Positions 41,501 to 50,991 of a DNA stretch of 64,000 nucleotides are shown here, in pieces. Source of the stretch: Coriobacteriia bacterium (GTDB lineage Bacteria > Actinomycetota > Coriobacteriia > Coriobacteriales > UBA8131); assembly GCA_009783245.1 (NCBI GenBank), contig WRHL01000001.1, positions 11,878 to 75,877 of the forward strand, written 5' to 3'. The notes under the pieces are model-generated. The model did not search any database and was not told the DNA's origin. It was given only the letters and a program-made list of their open reading frames with translations. How positions within the stretch are numbered: position 1 is the first letter of the stretch; every line of letters begins with the position of its first letter. Made by a program: the position numbers and the translations under genes.

Positions 41501-44257
41501 ATGAGTCGACGCACAACAGAGCTCACCCTCCTCCTTGCAGCAACACCCGTTGTTATCCTGCTGTTCATCCTGGCCATTGTGCAGGACAGCCAGCCGCTGA
41601 CCCTGATGACGCTCGCGGTGCCTTTTGGCCTCTTTGTCGCCTTTATAGCCTCGCACCTGGTCATACGTAAACTAGCGCCCAACGCCGACGCGGCCGTCCT
41701 GCCCATCACCTTTGTGCTCAGCGGGACAGGGCTTGCCTTTGTCATGCGCCTGGCGCCTGAGCTCGCAGCTCGCCAGGCACTCTGGCTCTTTGTCTCCATA
41801 GCGGCCATGCTGCTCACGCTTCTGCTGGTGCCCTCGGTGCGCAAGCTCGCGCAGTATAAATACACGCTCATGTTGGCGGGCGTCATCTTGTTGCTTCTGC
41901 CGGTCTTTGTCGGCACAGAGATCAACGGCTCCAAGCTCTGGCTGAGCCTTGGGGACTACTCCTTCCAGCCGGGCGAACTGGCCAAGGTATGCATCGTGCT
42001 CTTCTTGGCGGGTTATCTTGCCGATAACCGCGAGATGCTCTCCGTGGGTGGCCGTCGCGTGGGCAACTTCACCATCCCCGACCTCCGCACGCTGGCTCCC
42101 TTGCTTGTCATGTGGGCGATAAGCCTGGTCATCGTCATCTTCGAGCGCGACCTTGGGAGCGCCCTGCTCTTCTTTGGGCTCTTTTTGGTCATGATCTATG
42201 TGGCCACCGGCCGTTGGACCTATGTCATCACCGGCGTGGTGCTGCTCGCCCTGGGCGGCACGGCGGCCTACTTCTTCTTCGACCATGTCCAGCAGCGCTT
42301 CGCCATCTGGATCGACCCCTTTGCCTATCGCACCACCACCGGCTACCAGCTCATCCAGGGACTCTATTCTCTGGCGGACGGTAACCTCTTTGGAACCGGC
42401 ATAGGCCGCGGCATGCCCGAGTTCATCCCCTTTGTGGAGAATGACTTCATCTTCTGCGCCATCGCTGAGGAGATGGGCCTGCTCGGCGCAAGCGCAGTGC
42501 TCCTGCTGTTTGTGCTCTTCATGGTGCGCGGCTTCACCATCGCCGCGCGGGCGAACTCGGATGTCGACGCGTTCTGCGCGGCTGGCCTCGCCACCTCCAT
42601 CGCCTTCCAGGCCTTTGTCATTGTGGGCGGTGTCACCAAACTCATCCCACTGACCGGCGTCACGTTGCCCTTCATGGCGCAGGGCGGCTCTTCCCTGCTC
42701 GCCAGTTTCATCATCGTGGGCCTTCTGCTGCGCACCGGCGACAGCGGCACCGGTCAGGCCACCGAGCTGATAGGCGTGACCAGCTTCGACGGTGGCGTCC
42801 TTGGCCGTGTCACCCTGGGCAAACGCCTCACGCTTCTTGTCACAGGCTTCGCCTGTCTCTTCGCATTGCTCATAGGCAACCTCACCTGGCACATGGTGAT
42901 AAACGCTGACAACCTCCGCCGCGACACAGGCAACAGCCACACCATAGAGCGCAACAACAACCTGCAGCGCGGCGCCATCCTCACCTCGGACGGCGTGGTC
43001 CTAGCCTACAGCGAGCTGAATGAGAACGGCCGTTGGCGCCGCATCTACCCCCAGGATTCCCTGGCAGCACATGTGGTGGGCTACCACTCGATCATCTACG
43101 GCTCAACCGGCATTGAGGGGGTCTATTTCGAAACGCTTGCGGGGCGTACCGATTTCGATTCCTGGGGCACGGCGATCAACGTACTTGCCGATAAGGACGT
43201 GCCCGGCAACGACCTGTACCTCACCCTGGACTCACGGCTGCAGGCCGCCGCCGAGCAGGTGCTTATCGGCGAGGTCGGCGCCGTGGTGATGCTCGATGCC
43301 CAGACCGGCGCCATCCTGGCCATGGCCAGCGCACCCACCTACGATAACAACAACGTCGATGACCTGCTCGCAGGTATCGGCGACGACGGCACTGGCCTGG
43401 GCGGCGGTGACAGCAGGTTGTTCAACCGTTCCACCCAGGGGCTGTACGCGCCGGGCTCGACCTTCAAGATGGTCACGCTTGCCAGCGCGCTCTCTGGCAG
43501 CTCGATCACGCTTGAAACCAGCTATGACTCCCCGGGCAGCATAGAGATAGGCGGCGCCCGGATCACCAGCTTTGACTCCAACGCCTATGGCACGGTGAGC
43601 CTGCTTCAGGGCTTCGCGCTGAGTTCGAACACGGTGTTCGCGCAGGTAGCAGATGAGATAGGCCCCGTGCAGCTCTGCAAGACGGCCAGCGCCTTTGGCT
43701 TCAACCAGAGGCTGGTAACCGATTTCGACGTGACCGTGTCCCTCATGCCCAACCCCCAGGAGATGACCGATTGGGAGACCGCTTGGGCTGGTGTGGGACA
43801 GCCGGTGGGCGAACACGCCAGTCCCGCTGGCCCACAGGCCACCGTCCTGCAGATGGCGTTGGTAGGCGCCGGTATCGCCAACAATGGGAAGGTGATGACC
43901 CCCCACCTGCTTGATTGTATCGTCAGTCCTGAGGGCGAGGTCACCAGGACAGCTGTTCCCACCACCTTCTCCCAGGCGGTTTCTGCACCTGTCGCTGCGG
44001 ACATCCAAAAGGCCATGGAGCAGGTTGTGTTGCAGGGCACCGGCGTTGATGCGCAGATCGGTGGCTACACCGTGTATGGGAAGACCGGCACGGCAGAGAC
44101 CAACAATGACCTGGAGGACTCCTGGTTTGTGGGCTTTGTGGAAGTCAACGGGCACACGGTGGTGGTTGCCGTTGTCATCGAGCAGACCTATGGCGGGGCT
44201 GCCACGCCCAAGGCCCGCGAGCTGCTCCAGACCGCGATAGGGGTCTACGGTGACTAG
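41501..44257 (+). CDS. In-frame fusion of a SEDS protein (FtsW/RodA) and a class B penicillin-binding protein (transpeptidase)
   Basis: Single 918-aa ORF. Residues ~1-440 are polytopic SEDS-like (…GELAKV…, FIFCAIAEEMG, PLTGVTLPFMAQGGSSL). The linker is followed by a bPBP-type TM helix (LTLLVTGFACLFALLIGNL), then the transpeptidase motifs STFK, SSN and KTGT. Confidence 0.85.
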   Translation: MSRRTTELTLLLAATPVVILLFILAIVQDSQPLTLMTLAVPFGLFVAFIASHLVIRKLAPNADAAVLPITFVLSGTGLAFVMRLAPELAARQALWLFVSIAAMLLTLLLVPSVRKLAQYKYTLMLAGVILLLLPVFVGTEINGSKLWLSLGDYSFQPGELAKVCIVLFLAGYLADNREMLSVGGRRVGNFTIPDLRTLAPLLVMWAISLVIVIFERDLGSALLFFGLFLVMIYVATGRWTYVITGVVLLALGGTAAYFFFDHVQQRFAIWIDPFAYRTTTGYQLIQGLYSLADGNLFGTGIGRGMPEFIPFVENDFIFCAIAEEMGLLGASAVLLLFVLFMVRGFTIAARANSDVDAFCAAGLATSIAFQAFVIVGGVTKLIPLTGVTLPFMAQGGSSLLASFIIVGLLLRTGDSGTGQATELIGVTSFDGGVLGRVTLGKRLTLLVTGFACLFALLIGNLTWHMVINADNLRRDTGNSHTIERNNNLQRGAILTSDGVVLAYSELNENGRWRRIYPQDSLAAHVVGYHSIIYGSTGIEGVYFETLAGRTDFDSWGTAINVLADKDVPGNDLYLTLDSRLQAAAEQVLIGEVGAVVMLDAQTGAILAMASAPTYDNNNVDDLLAGIGDDGTGLGGGDSRLFNRSTQGLYAPGSTFKMVTLASALSGSSITLETSYDSPGSIEIGGARITSFDSNAYGTVSLLQGFALSSNTVFAQVADEIGPVQLCKTASAFGFNQRLVTDFDVTVSLMPNPQEMTDWETAWAGVGQPVGEHASPAGPQATVLQMALVGAGIANNGKVMTPHLLDCIVSPEGEVTRTAVPTTFSQAVSAPVAADIQKAMEQVVLQGTGVDAQIGGYTVYGKTGTAETNNDLEDSWFVGFVEVNGHTVVVAVVIEQTYGGAATPKARELLQTAIGVYGD

Positions 44258-44266
44258 GCGATCCCT

Positions 44267-44371
44267 GGACGACAAGGGGACGGACTTGACAAGGGGGACG
44301 GGACTTGTCAAAACCGACCGTCCCCTTTGTCAAGTCCCGTCCCCCTTGTCAAGTCCGTCCCCTTGTCGTCC
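44267..44371. repeat. GACAAGGGGACGG-family long palindrome (locus R4) between the SEDS-PBP fusion and pknB
   Basis: ggacgacaaggggacggacttgacaagggggacgggacttg ... caagtcccgtcccccttgtcaagtccgtccccttgtcgtcc. About 41-nt arms are complementary, and the centre carries another ccgtcccctttgtc. Confidence 0.9.
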
Positions 44372-44478
44372 AAAAGACGTGCGCTTTCCTACGCCTTATT
44401 TACAAGCAGCCGCGCGACTCCCGCGCAACACAGACAGGTTATACTATTAGGTAAGACTGAGATACATGGGAGAAGGAC

Positions 44479-46434
44479 TTGATAGACAGAGTATTCGGCA
44501 ATAGATACCGGGTGGTTGAGAAGCTGGGCATCGGCGGCATGGCCGAGGTCTATAAGGCTATCGATGAGGTGTTGGGACGCACTGTCGCCATCAAGGTGAT
44601 GCTGCCGCAGTATGCAAGCGATACCACCTTTGCAGCGCGGTTCAAGCAGGAGGCACAGTCAGCGGCCAACCTGCAGAGCCCCTACATAGTAAACATCTAC
44701 GACTGGGGCTACGAGAGCTCGGACAGCATCTATTTCATCGTCATGGAATACGTCCGCGGCACCGACCTCAAGACGGCCATCCAGCAGCGTGGCGCCATCA
44801 ACCAGCGCAAGGCGGCCGAGATCGGCTCGCAGGTCTGCGCAGCCTTAAGCGTCGCCCACGGCTACGACATCATCCACAGGGACATCAAGCCCCACAACAT
44901 CATGGTGCAGCCTGACGGGAACGCAAAGGTCATGGACTTTGGCATCGCCCGCGCCTCGGGATCCTCCATGACCCAGACCGGCAGCGTGTTGGGCACCGCC
45001 TACTACGTCAGCCCCGAACAGGCGCAGGGCAAGCAGCTCACACCGGCAACCGACCTCTATTCATTGGGTATCGTGCTATATGAGACCACAACCGGCAGGT
45101 TGCCTTTCGAGGCTCCCGATGCCGTATCAGTGGCGCTCAAGCAGGTCAACGAGCTGCCTGTGCCCCCCTCTACTTACAACCCTGAGCTTGATCCTGAGCT
45201 GGAGTCCATCATCTTGCGGGCCATGGCGAAAGACCCGCTTGACCGCTATTCGACGGCCGAGCAGATGCGCACGGCGCTCAATAACTATCTAGCTGGCAGG
45301 CCCATTGACACAGACGTCGAGCGGCCGGCGGAGAAGACCCGGATCATGGGCGCCGCCACCGCACTGCCTGTGATAGGCAGGGATGGGGCACAGCCGCCCA
45401 ACCGCACGGCCGTCATGCCCTCCGTCATGGGGCAACAGCAACAGGCGCTCAACATCCACTCGACATCCCGCGCCCGTGAGGAAGAGCAACGCCGCAAGCG
45501 TCGCACCACCATCATCATCGGCACCATCATCGGGTTGGTAGTTGTCATCGCAGCCATCGTGGGGCTCTTCTCGTTATTGAACAGGGACGACGGCAAGGTC
45601 GAAGTACCAAGTCTGATAGGAGTCACAGAGGACGAGGCGCGCGAGCAGCTCGAGCTGCTTGAGCTCAAGGCCGGCGTTACCCAGTACGAGAATAACGAGA
45701 CGGTCGAGAAGGGCCGGGTCATCTCCACCGACCCAGAGAAGAAGACACGGGTCGACAAGGGTTCGGCGATCATCCTGGTGGTCTCATCGGGGCCCAAGGC
45801 GCCAAATATCGTCTCGGTGCCGGACCTCAGGAATAAGACTCCAGAGAACGCAGAGAACGAGCTTGAGGCGCTTGGACTCAAGGCGCGGCGCGGCGATGAG
45901 AAATTCGACCCTGAGGTCAACCCCGGCAGGATCTGTGACCAGGACGTTGCAGCTGGTGAAGAGGTCGAAGAAGGCACTACGGTCACTTTCTATGTGTCAA
46001 AGGGCAAGGACACCGTCCAGGTACCCAACGTGATTGGAGCAGACTGGGGCAAGGCGCAGGATGACATCGAGCGCGCCGGCTTCACCGTTGAATACGCAGA
46101 GAGCCAGTACAGCAAGTATGAAGAGGACATAGTCATGGATCAGGCTCCTCGCGGAGGCGGCGTTGCTGAGAGGGGCTCTACCATCACACTCACCGTTTCG
46201 CTAGGCCCAGAACCAGTAGCCTTGCCTGACCTGACCGGCAAAAGCGAGAACGAGGTGCGCCTCGCCCTGCTCGACCTTGACTTTGTACCGCTTTTCGAAA
46301 AGGAAGAAACAGCCTTGACAGCACAGCTGGATAGGGTAATCTGGCAAGACCCAGGAGCCGGCACCATGCTCACCCCCAAGAGCACGGTCACGGTCTATAT
46401 GGGTATCGCGCCACCTTCACCTCCGGATCCCTAG
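44479..46434 (+). CDS. pknB: Ser/Thr protein kinase PknB with four extracellular PASTA repeats
   Basis: HRDIKPHNIMV, DFGIAR, SPEQ. TM helix TIIIGTIIGLVVVIAAIVGLF, followed by 4 PASTA-like ~65-aa repeats. TTG start after GGGAGAAGGA. Confidence 0.9.
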   Translation: MIDRVFGNRYRVVEKLGIGGMAEVYKAIDEVLGRTVAIKVMLPQYASDTTFAARFKQEAQSAANLQSPYIVNIYDWGYESSDSIYFIVMEYVRGTDLKTAIQQRGAINQRKAAEIGSQVCAALSVAHGYDIIHRDIKPHNIMVQPDGNAKVMDFGIARASGSSMTQTGSVLGTAYYVSPEQAQGKQLTPATDLYSLGIVLYETTTGRLPFEAPDAVSVALKQVNELPVPPSTYNPELDPELESIILRAMAKDPLDRYSTAEQMRTALNNYLAGRPIDTDVERPAEKTRIMGAATALPVIGRDGAQPPNRTAVMPSVMGQQQQALNIHSTSRAREEEQRRKRRTTIIIGTIIGLVVVIAAIVGLFSLLNRDDGKVEVPSLIGVTEDEAREQLELLELKAGVTQYENNETVEKGRVISTDPEKKTRVDKGSAIILVVSSGPKAPNIVSVPDLRNKTPENAENELEALGLKARRGDEKFDPEVNPGRICDQDVAAGEEVEEGTTVTFYVSKGKDTVQVPNVIGADWGKAQDDIERAGFTVEYAESQYSKYEEDIVMDQAPRGGGVAERGSTITLTVSLGPEPVALPDLTGKSENEVRLALLDLDFVPLFEKEETALTAQLDRVIWQDPGAGTMLTPKSTVTVYMGIAPPSPPDP

Positions 46435-46505
46435 GAGTCATTGTTATTCCGTCACGGGCAACCCGCCTGTGACAACCCACGACCAGCGCAGATTAGGAGA
46501 ACTAC

Positions 46506-48326
46506 ATGGCAAAGAACAAACTGGACTTGGATACTTTCTTCAATGCGATGGGCATGCAGCTCAATCCGCAGATGAAACGACCGACCCAAGAAGAGAAAGA
46601 TGCAGAGGGGGAAACCCCGGAAGGTGAATGGTCGCCAGCTGTAGAGGAGCAGATCAGGAAACAGCGTGCCCTGACCAAGCGCCTGAAACGCTGGTTCTTC
46701 ATCCTCATCCTGCCGATCATAGTGATCGCGTACTGGTGGTTCCATCCAGCGCTCAACATCCACAGCGTCGATATCTGGTACTTCTTTGGGATATTGGTCC
46801 TTCTGCCCAGTTTCCTGTTGCTGCGCTCGCGCTCAAAGGCGTATCAGGAGGGGAACGAGAAATTCGAGGTTGACGCCAAGAAGTCGGACCGCTTCAATAA
46901 GCTCGCCTTCATCCCCATATTCGTGGTCATCATCGGGCTCATAGGCGCTCTGGGCTCCGCTACCTTCTACCCGGGCAATGCCAAGCGCTACGCATCTGTG
47001 CTGGTCACCGATAAGAGCACCTTTGCCGAGGACATCCAGCAGGTCAACTACTCTGAGATCCCCATCATCGACCGCGACTCCGCCGCGCTTCTGGGCAACC
47101 GCACCATGGGCGCCATCCCCGAGTATGTCAGCCAGTTCGTCATCTCTGACCTTTATTGCCAGATCAACTATCAGAACCGTCCCGTGCGCGTGAGCCCGCT
47201 GAACTACGCAGACATCATCAAGTGGTTCAACAACCGGACCGAGGGCCTGCCTGCCTTTGTGCTCATAGACATGACCACCCAGGACGCCAACATCGTGCGT
47301 CTTGAGAAACCCATGAAGTACTCGCAGTCCGAACCGCTTTTCCGCAATGTGGACCGCCATGTACAGCTGAGCTACCCCTTCTACCTCTTTGATCAGTTCA
47401 GCTTTGAGATCGACGACGACGGCAACCCCTGGTGGGTCTGCCCGGTGCAGAAGCGTACCATTGGCCTGTTTGGCGGCACCACCATCCACAGGGTGGTGCT
47501 CTGCGATGCCAACACGGGCGAGTGCACCGACTACGCCCTTGAGGACTGCCCCATCTGGGTCGACCGCGTCTTCCCTGCTGACCTGATCATCCAGCAATAT
47601 AACTGGTCTGGCGCCTATCAACGGGGTTGGATCAACTCCTGGCTCGGTCAAGAGGGTGTGGTGCAGACCACCTCTGGCTATAACTACATCGCCAAGGACG
47701 ACGACGTCTGGCTGTATACCGGGGTGACCTCAAAGGTATCCGATAACTCCATCGTAGGCTTTGTGCTGGTCAACCAGCGCACGGCAGAGTCGCACTACTA
47801 CGCCATCGCCGGCGCCATGGAGGAGTCAGCCATGCGCTCCGCTCAGGGTCAGGTACAGCATCTGGGCTACCAGGCGACCTTCCCGCTGCTTATCAACATA
47901 AACTCCCAGCCAACCTACTTCATGGCGCTCAAGGATGCCGCCGGCCTGGTCAAGATGTATGCCATGCTCGACATCCAACGCTATCAGAACGTAGCTGTGG
48001 GCGACACGCTCCAGGAGTGTCAACGTAACTACCTGGAATTGCTGAGGACAAACGGGGTGATCCTCCCTGAAGCCTCGCGGCCGGACCTCATTGAGGCCTC
48101 CGGCACAGTCACACGCATAGCCATGGCGGTCATCGACGGCAACTCCCACTTCTACCTGGTGCTTGAGGGCGACGCAAACTTCTATGACTGCGCCTTGCCT
48201 GAGGTGCTCGACGTACTGATGCTTGAGGAAGGCGACAGTGTGACATTGAGCTACCGCGAGGCCGATGGTATCCGCAAGGTGGAATCCATGACGATAAGAC
48301 CGGCGCCTAAACCACCCAGCGGCTGA
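46506..48326 (+). CDS. Conserved-looking membrane protein of unknown function (3-4 N-terminal TM helices plus ~430-aa extracytoplasmic domain)
   Basis: 606 aa. Helices FFILILPIIVIAYWWF, IWYFFGILVLLPSFLLL and AFIPIFVVIIGLIGALG. I recognise no motif. Clean RBS (AGGAGAA) and terminator. Confidence 0.6.
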   Translation: MAKNKLDLDTFFNAMGMQLNPQMKRPTQEEKDAEGETPEGEWSPAVEEQIRKQRALTKRLKRWFFILILPIIVIAYWWFHPALNIHSVDIWYFFGILVLLPSFLLLRSRSKAYQEGNEKFEVDAKKSDRFNKLAFIPIFVVIIGLIGALGSATFYPGNAKRYASVLVTDKSTFAEDIQQVNYSEIPIIDRDSAALLGNRTMGAIPEYVSQFVISDLYCQINYQNRPVRVSPLNYADIIKWFNNRTEGLPAFVLIDMTTQDANIVRLEKPMKYSQSEPLFRNVDRHVQLSYPFYLFDQFSFEIDDDGNPWWVCPVQKRTIGLFGGTTIHRVVLCDANTGECTDYALEDCPIWVDRVFPADLIIQQYNWSGAYQRGWINSWLGQEGVVQTTSGYNYIAKDDDVWLYTGVTSKVSDNSIVGFVLVNQRTAESHYYAIAGAMEESAMRSAQGQVQHLGYQATFPLLININSQPTYFMALKDAAGLVKMYAMLDIQRYQNVAVGDTLQECQRNYLELLRTNGVILPEASRPDLIEASGTVTRIAMAVIDGNSHFYLVLEGDANFYDCALPEVLDVLMLEEGDSVTLSYREADGIRKVESMTIRPAPKPPSG

Positions 48327-48350
48327 CCCGTATCCGATTAGCCTGCCAGC

Positions 48351-48389
48351 AAAGAGGTTGTGCGTCGTTTTGGCGCACAACCTCTTTTT
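48351..48389 (+). terminator. Intrinsic terminator
   Basis: aaagaggttgtgcg (48351-48364) pairs with cgcacaacctcttt (48374-48387), followed by a T-run. Confidence 0.7.
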
Positions 48390-48535
48390 GTGTGACAGGG
48401 GGACGGTACTGTTTTGACACATTGACTTGACAAGGGGGACGGTCCCTTTTGTCATGTGTCATGGGGTCGTATCTGTTGACACATTCTCCGAATGTGTCAA
48501 CAGATACGACCCCATGACACACACCCGTCCCCCGC
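48390..48535. repeat. GACA(A/G)GGGGACGG-family composite element (locus R5)
   Basis: gtgtgacagggggacggtactgttttgacac, ttgacaagggggacggtcccttttgtcat, then the nested palindrome 48456-48520, then acacccgtccccc. Confidence 0.9.
48456..48520. repeat. Second-family palindrome, copy 2
   Basis: gtgtcatggggtcgtatctgttgacacattc-tcc-gaatgtgtcaacagatacgaccccatgacac. 31-nt perfect arms, nearly identical to 35855-35926. Confidence 0.9.
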
Positions 48536-48757
48536 CGTCATTGCGAGCGCAGGCGAAGCCGGAGCGTGGCAATCTAGCCGACACGTGTGTGGTTTTGGGC
48601 AGGATGGCTGAAGCCTGCCCTGCCCTTATCGTTAGAAAATAATTCATAGTAATCCTCTAGGAATTAAACGGGAGTTGTTCTATACTGTGCTCTCCGCTGG
48701 TTTTCCGCTGCGGTAGGGAGGGGCGCCCCAACAGGTTCAGGAGGTTGAAACGCGACA

Positions 48758-49981
48758 ATGACAACAACGACAAGCACTCAGGTCTCTCGTCAGATCTACC
48801 TTGATAACGCGGCGACCACCGCGGTATATCCCCAGGTTGTAGAGGCCATGCTCCCCTATTTCACCACGGCTTACGGCAACCCGTCCTCCATCTATGGGCT
48901 TGGCAATAGCGCCAAGGAAGCGGTGACCGATGCCCGCAGGCGCATTGCCGCACACCTCAATGTGCCAACCCAGGACCTCTACTTCACCGCCGGTGGCACT
49001 GAGAGCGACAACTGGGCCATCAAGGCAACCGCCGATGCCTACCAGGCAAAGGGCAAGCACCTCATCACCACTGCCATCGAGCACCACGCCGTGTCGCATT
49101 CAACGGCTTGGCTGGAGCGCCATGGCTTTGAGGTCACCTACCTGGGCGTGGACGAGAGCGGGCTGGTTGACCCGACGGCCTTTGAGGCGGCCATCAGGCC
49201 TGACACCATACTTGCGACCATGATCTTCGCCAACAATGAGATAGGCACCATCCAACCCATCAAGGAGCTTGCCGCCATTGCCAAAAGCCACGGTGTGCTC
49301 TTCCATACCGACGCGGTCCAGGCCGTTGCCCACGTGCCCATAGATGTGGCTGACCTGGGCGTAGACATGCTCTCTGCCTCTGCGCACAAGTTCCACGGGC
49401 CCAAGGGCGTGGGCTTCCTCTATATTCGCAAGGGGCTCAAGACCAAGAGCTTTGTCGACGGCGGCGGACAGGAGCGCAAGCGTCGTGCGGGAACCGAGAA
49501 CGTGCCGGGCATCATGGGCATGGCCAAGGCGCTCGACCTCTGTATGGCCGATTTCGATGCGCGCGTAGCCCATGAGCTTGCCTTGCGCGACCACCTCATA
49601 GAGCGCGTCTTGGCCGAGGTGGACCACGTGCGCCTCAACGGGCACCGCACGCAGCGCCTGCCCAACAACGCGAACTTCAGCTTTGAGTTTGTTGAGGGCG
49701 AGTCGCTTCTGCTCTCGCTGGAGCAGAAGGGTATCATGGGCTCCAGCGGCTCAGCCTGCACCTCCGGCTCGCTTGACCCCAGCCACGTGCTGCTGGCCAT
49801 TGGGCTGCCGCATGAGATAGCCCACGGCTCGCTGCGCCTGACGCTGGGCGAGGAGACCACGATGGCAGACATCGATTACACCGTGGAGTCTATCAAGGGC
49901 GTCCTTGGCTGCCTGAGGATGATGAGTCCCCTGTACGACGACTACCTCCACGGCAGAAAGGCCCTGACGGTAATAAAGTAA
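48758..49981 (+). CDS. nifS: Cysteine desulfurase (NifS/IscS class)
   Basis: 407 aa. PLP-lysine context SASAHKFHGPKG and active-site loop GSSGSACTSG. Confidence 0.9.
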   Translation: MTTTTSTQVSRQIYLDNAATTAVYPQVVEAMLPYFTTAYGNPSSIYGLGNSAKEAVTDARRRIAAHLNVPTQDLYFTAGGTESDNWAIKATADAYQAKGKHLITTAIEHHAVSHSTAWLERHGFEVTYLGVDESGLVDPTAFEAAIRPDTILATMIFANNEIGTIQPIKELAAIAKSHGVLFHTDAVQAVAHVPIDVADLGVDMLSASAHKFHGPKGVGFLYIRKGLKTKSFVDGGGQERKRRAGTENVPGIMGMAKALDLCMADFDARVAHELALRDHLIERVLAEVDHVRLNGHRTQRLPNNANFSFEFVEGESLLLSLEQKGIMGSSGSACTSGSLDPSHVLLAIGLPHEIAHGSLRLTLGEETTMADIDYTVESIKGVLGCLRMMSPLYDDYLHGRKALTVIK

Positions 49982-50009
49982 ACAGCAAAAGGAAACAAGG
50001 AGAACCACG

Positions 50010-50453
50010 ATGGCTTATTCCGACAAAGTAATGGAGCATTTCACCAATCCGCGCAACATGGGCGAGATCGACAATCCCAGCGGTGTTGGCACCGTGGGCA
50101 ACGCCCAGTGCGGCGACATCATGCGCGTCTACTTTGACATAGATGATGAGGGCATCATCCGCGACGTGAAGTTCAAGACCTTTGGCTGCGCAGCCGCCGT
50201 GGCGACCAGCAGCATGGCCACTGAGCTGGTAAAAGGCAAGTCGATCCAGGATGCTTTGAAGGTCACCAACGCCGCAGTCTGCGAGGCCTTGGACGGCCTG
50301 CCCCCCATCAAGGTGCACTGTTCTTTGCTGGCTGAAGAGGCCATCCACGCCGCGCTCTGGGACTACGCCGAGAAGAACGGCATTGTCATCGAAGGCCTGG
50401 AGAAGCCCAAGACCGATATCCATGAGGACGATGAGGACAGCGAAGAGTACTGA
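50010..50453 (+). CDS. nifU: Fe-S cluster scaffold protein (NifU/IscU N-domain type)
   Basis: GNAQCGDIMRVYF, FKTFGCAAAVATSS and VHCSLLAEEA (three conserved Cys). Acidic tail. Confidence 0.9.
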   Translation: MAYSDKVMEHFTNPRNMGEIDNPSGVGTVGNAQCGDIMRVYFDIDDEGIIRDVKFKTFGCAAAVATSSMATELVKGKSIQDALKVTNAAVCEALDGLPPIKVHCSLLAEEAIHAALWDYAEKNGIVIEGLEKPKTDIHEDDEDSEEY

Positions 50454-50893
50454 TGAAGACCACCTCCAAGGCGCGCTATTCGCTCCACCTGGTCATAGAC
50501 ATCACCCAGCATCAGGGGTCCGGTCCGGTGCCGCTGCGTGAGGTCGCCCTGCGGCAGGGCATCTCGCTCAAGTACCTGGAGCAGCTCGCAAAGGCGCTTA
50601 CGCAGGAAGGTTACCTCAAGAGCGTGCGCGGCGCGCAGGGTGGCTATCTGCTTTCACGCTCCGCCAATGAGATCACCGCCGGAAACATCATGCGCGCGGC
50701 AGAAGGCGGCTTTTTGATGATGGCCTGTGTTGACTCAGGTGAGGACTCAGGTATCGACAGCTGCCCTCGCCAGTCGCTCTGCGGCACCTCGCAGTTCTGG
50801 ACCGGTCTGCGCAACACCATTGATGGCTACGTAGACTCGGTCACCATCTCAGAGCTCGCCTGCGGCCACACGTTATTGTCACCCCGGGCTTGA
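50453..50893 (+). CDS. Rrf2-family transcriptional regulator (IscR-like, three clustered Cys)
   Basis: MKTTSKARYSLHLVIDI..., SLKYLEQLAKALTQEGYLKSVRGAQGGYLL. Cys cluster C-x11-C-x5-C. TGATG overlap with nifU. Confidence 0.8.
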   Translation: MKTTSKARYSLHLVIDITQHQGSGPVPLREVALRQGISLKYLEQLAKALTQEGYLKSVRGAQGGYLLSRSANEITAGNIMRAAEGGFLMMACVDSGEDSGIDSCPRQSLCGTSQFWTGLRNTIDGYVDSVTISELACGHTLLSPRA

Positions 50894-50991
50894 CCCGGGG
50901 CCTACCCCAGCGGTTGCAGTACGCCTACGGTTGTCGTCCATACACAGTGCATTCATAACAGCCGCTGCCGCACAATCCAGAAAGGAAAGCC

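Noticed and set aside
41672-42940. Long antisense or alternative-frame ORFs listed in the track (e.g. 41672-42940, 43232-44311, 37342-38229, 9059-10132, 17989-19032, 29877-30905, 59973-60890, 56915-57712, 46833-47651, 26099-26857, 218-1288, 40117-40965, 41221-41934)
   Set aside because: Each lies opposite or out of frame to a gene with clear family motifs. Their translations are Arg/Gly/Ala/His-rich with no motifs, which is typical shadow-ORF behaviour in high-GC DNA.
47826-48642. ORFs 47826-48455, 48307-48522, 48427-48642 and 48459-48647 (and 58473-58844 at the other locus)
   Set aside because: They are driven by repeat loci R5/R7 and yield the recurring TKGTVPFV / DKGDGPFCH repeat-derived peptides. 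They overlap a real gene end and a terminator.
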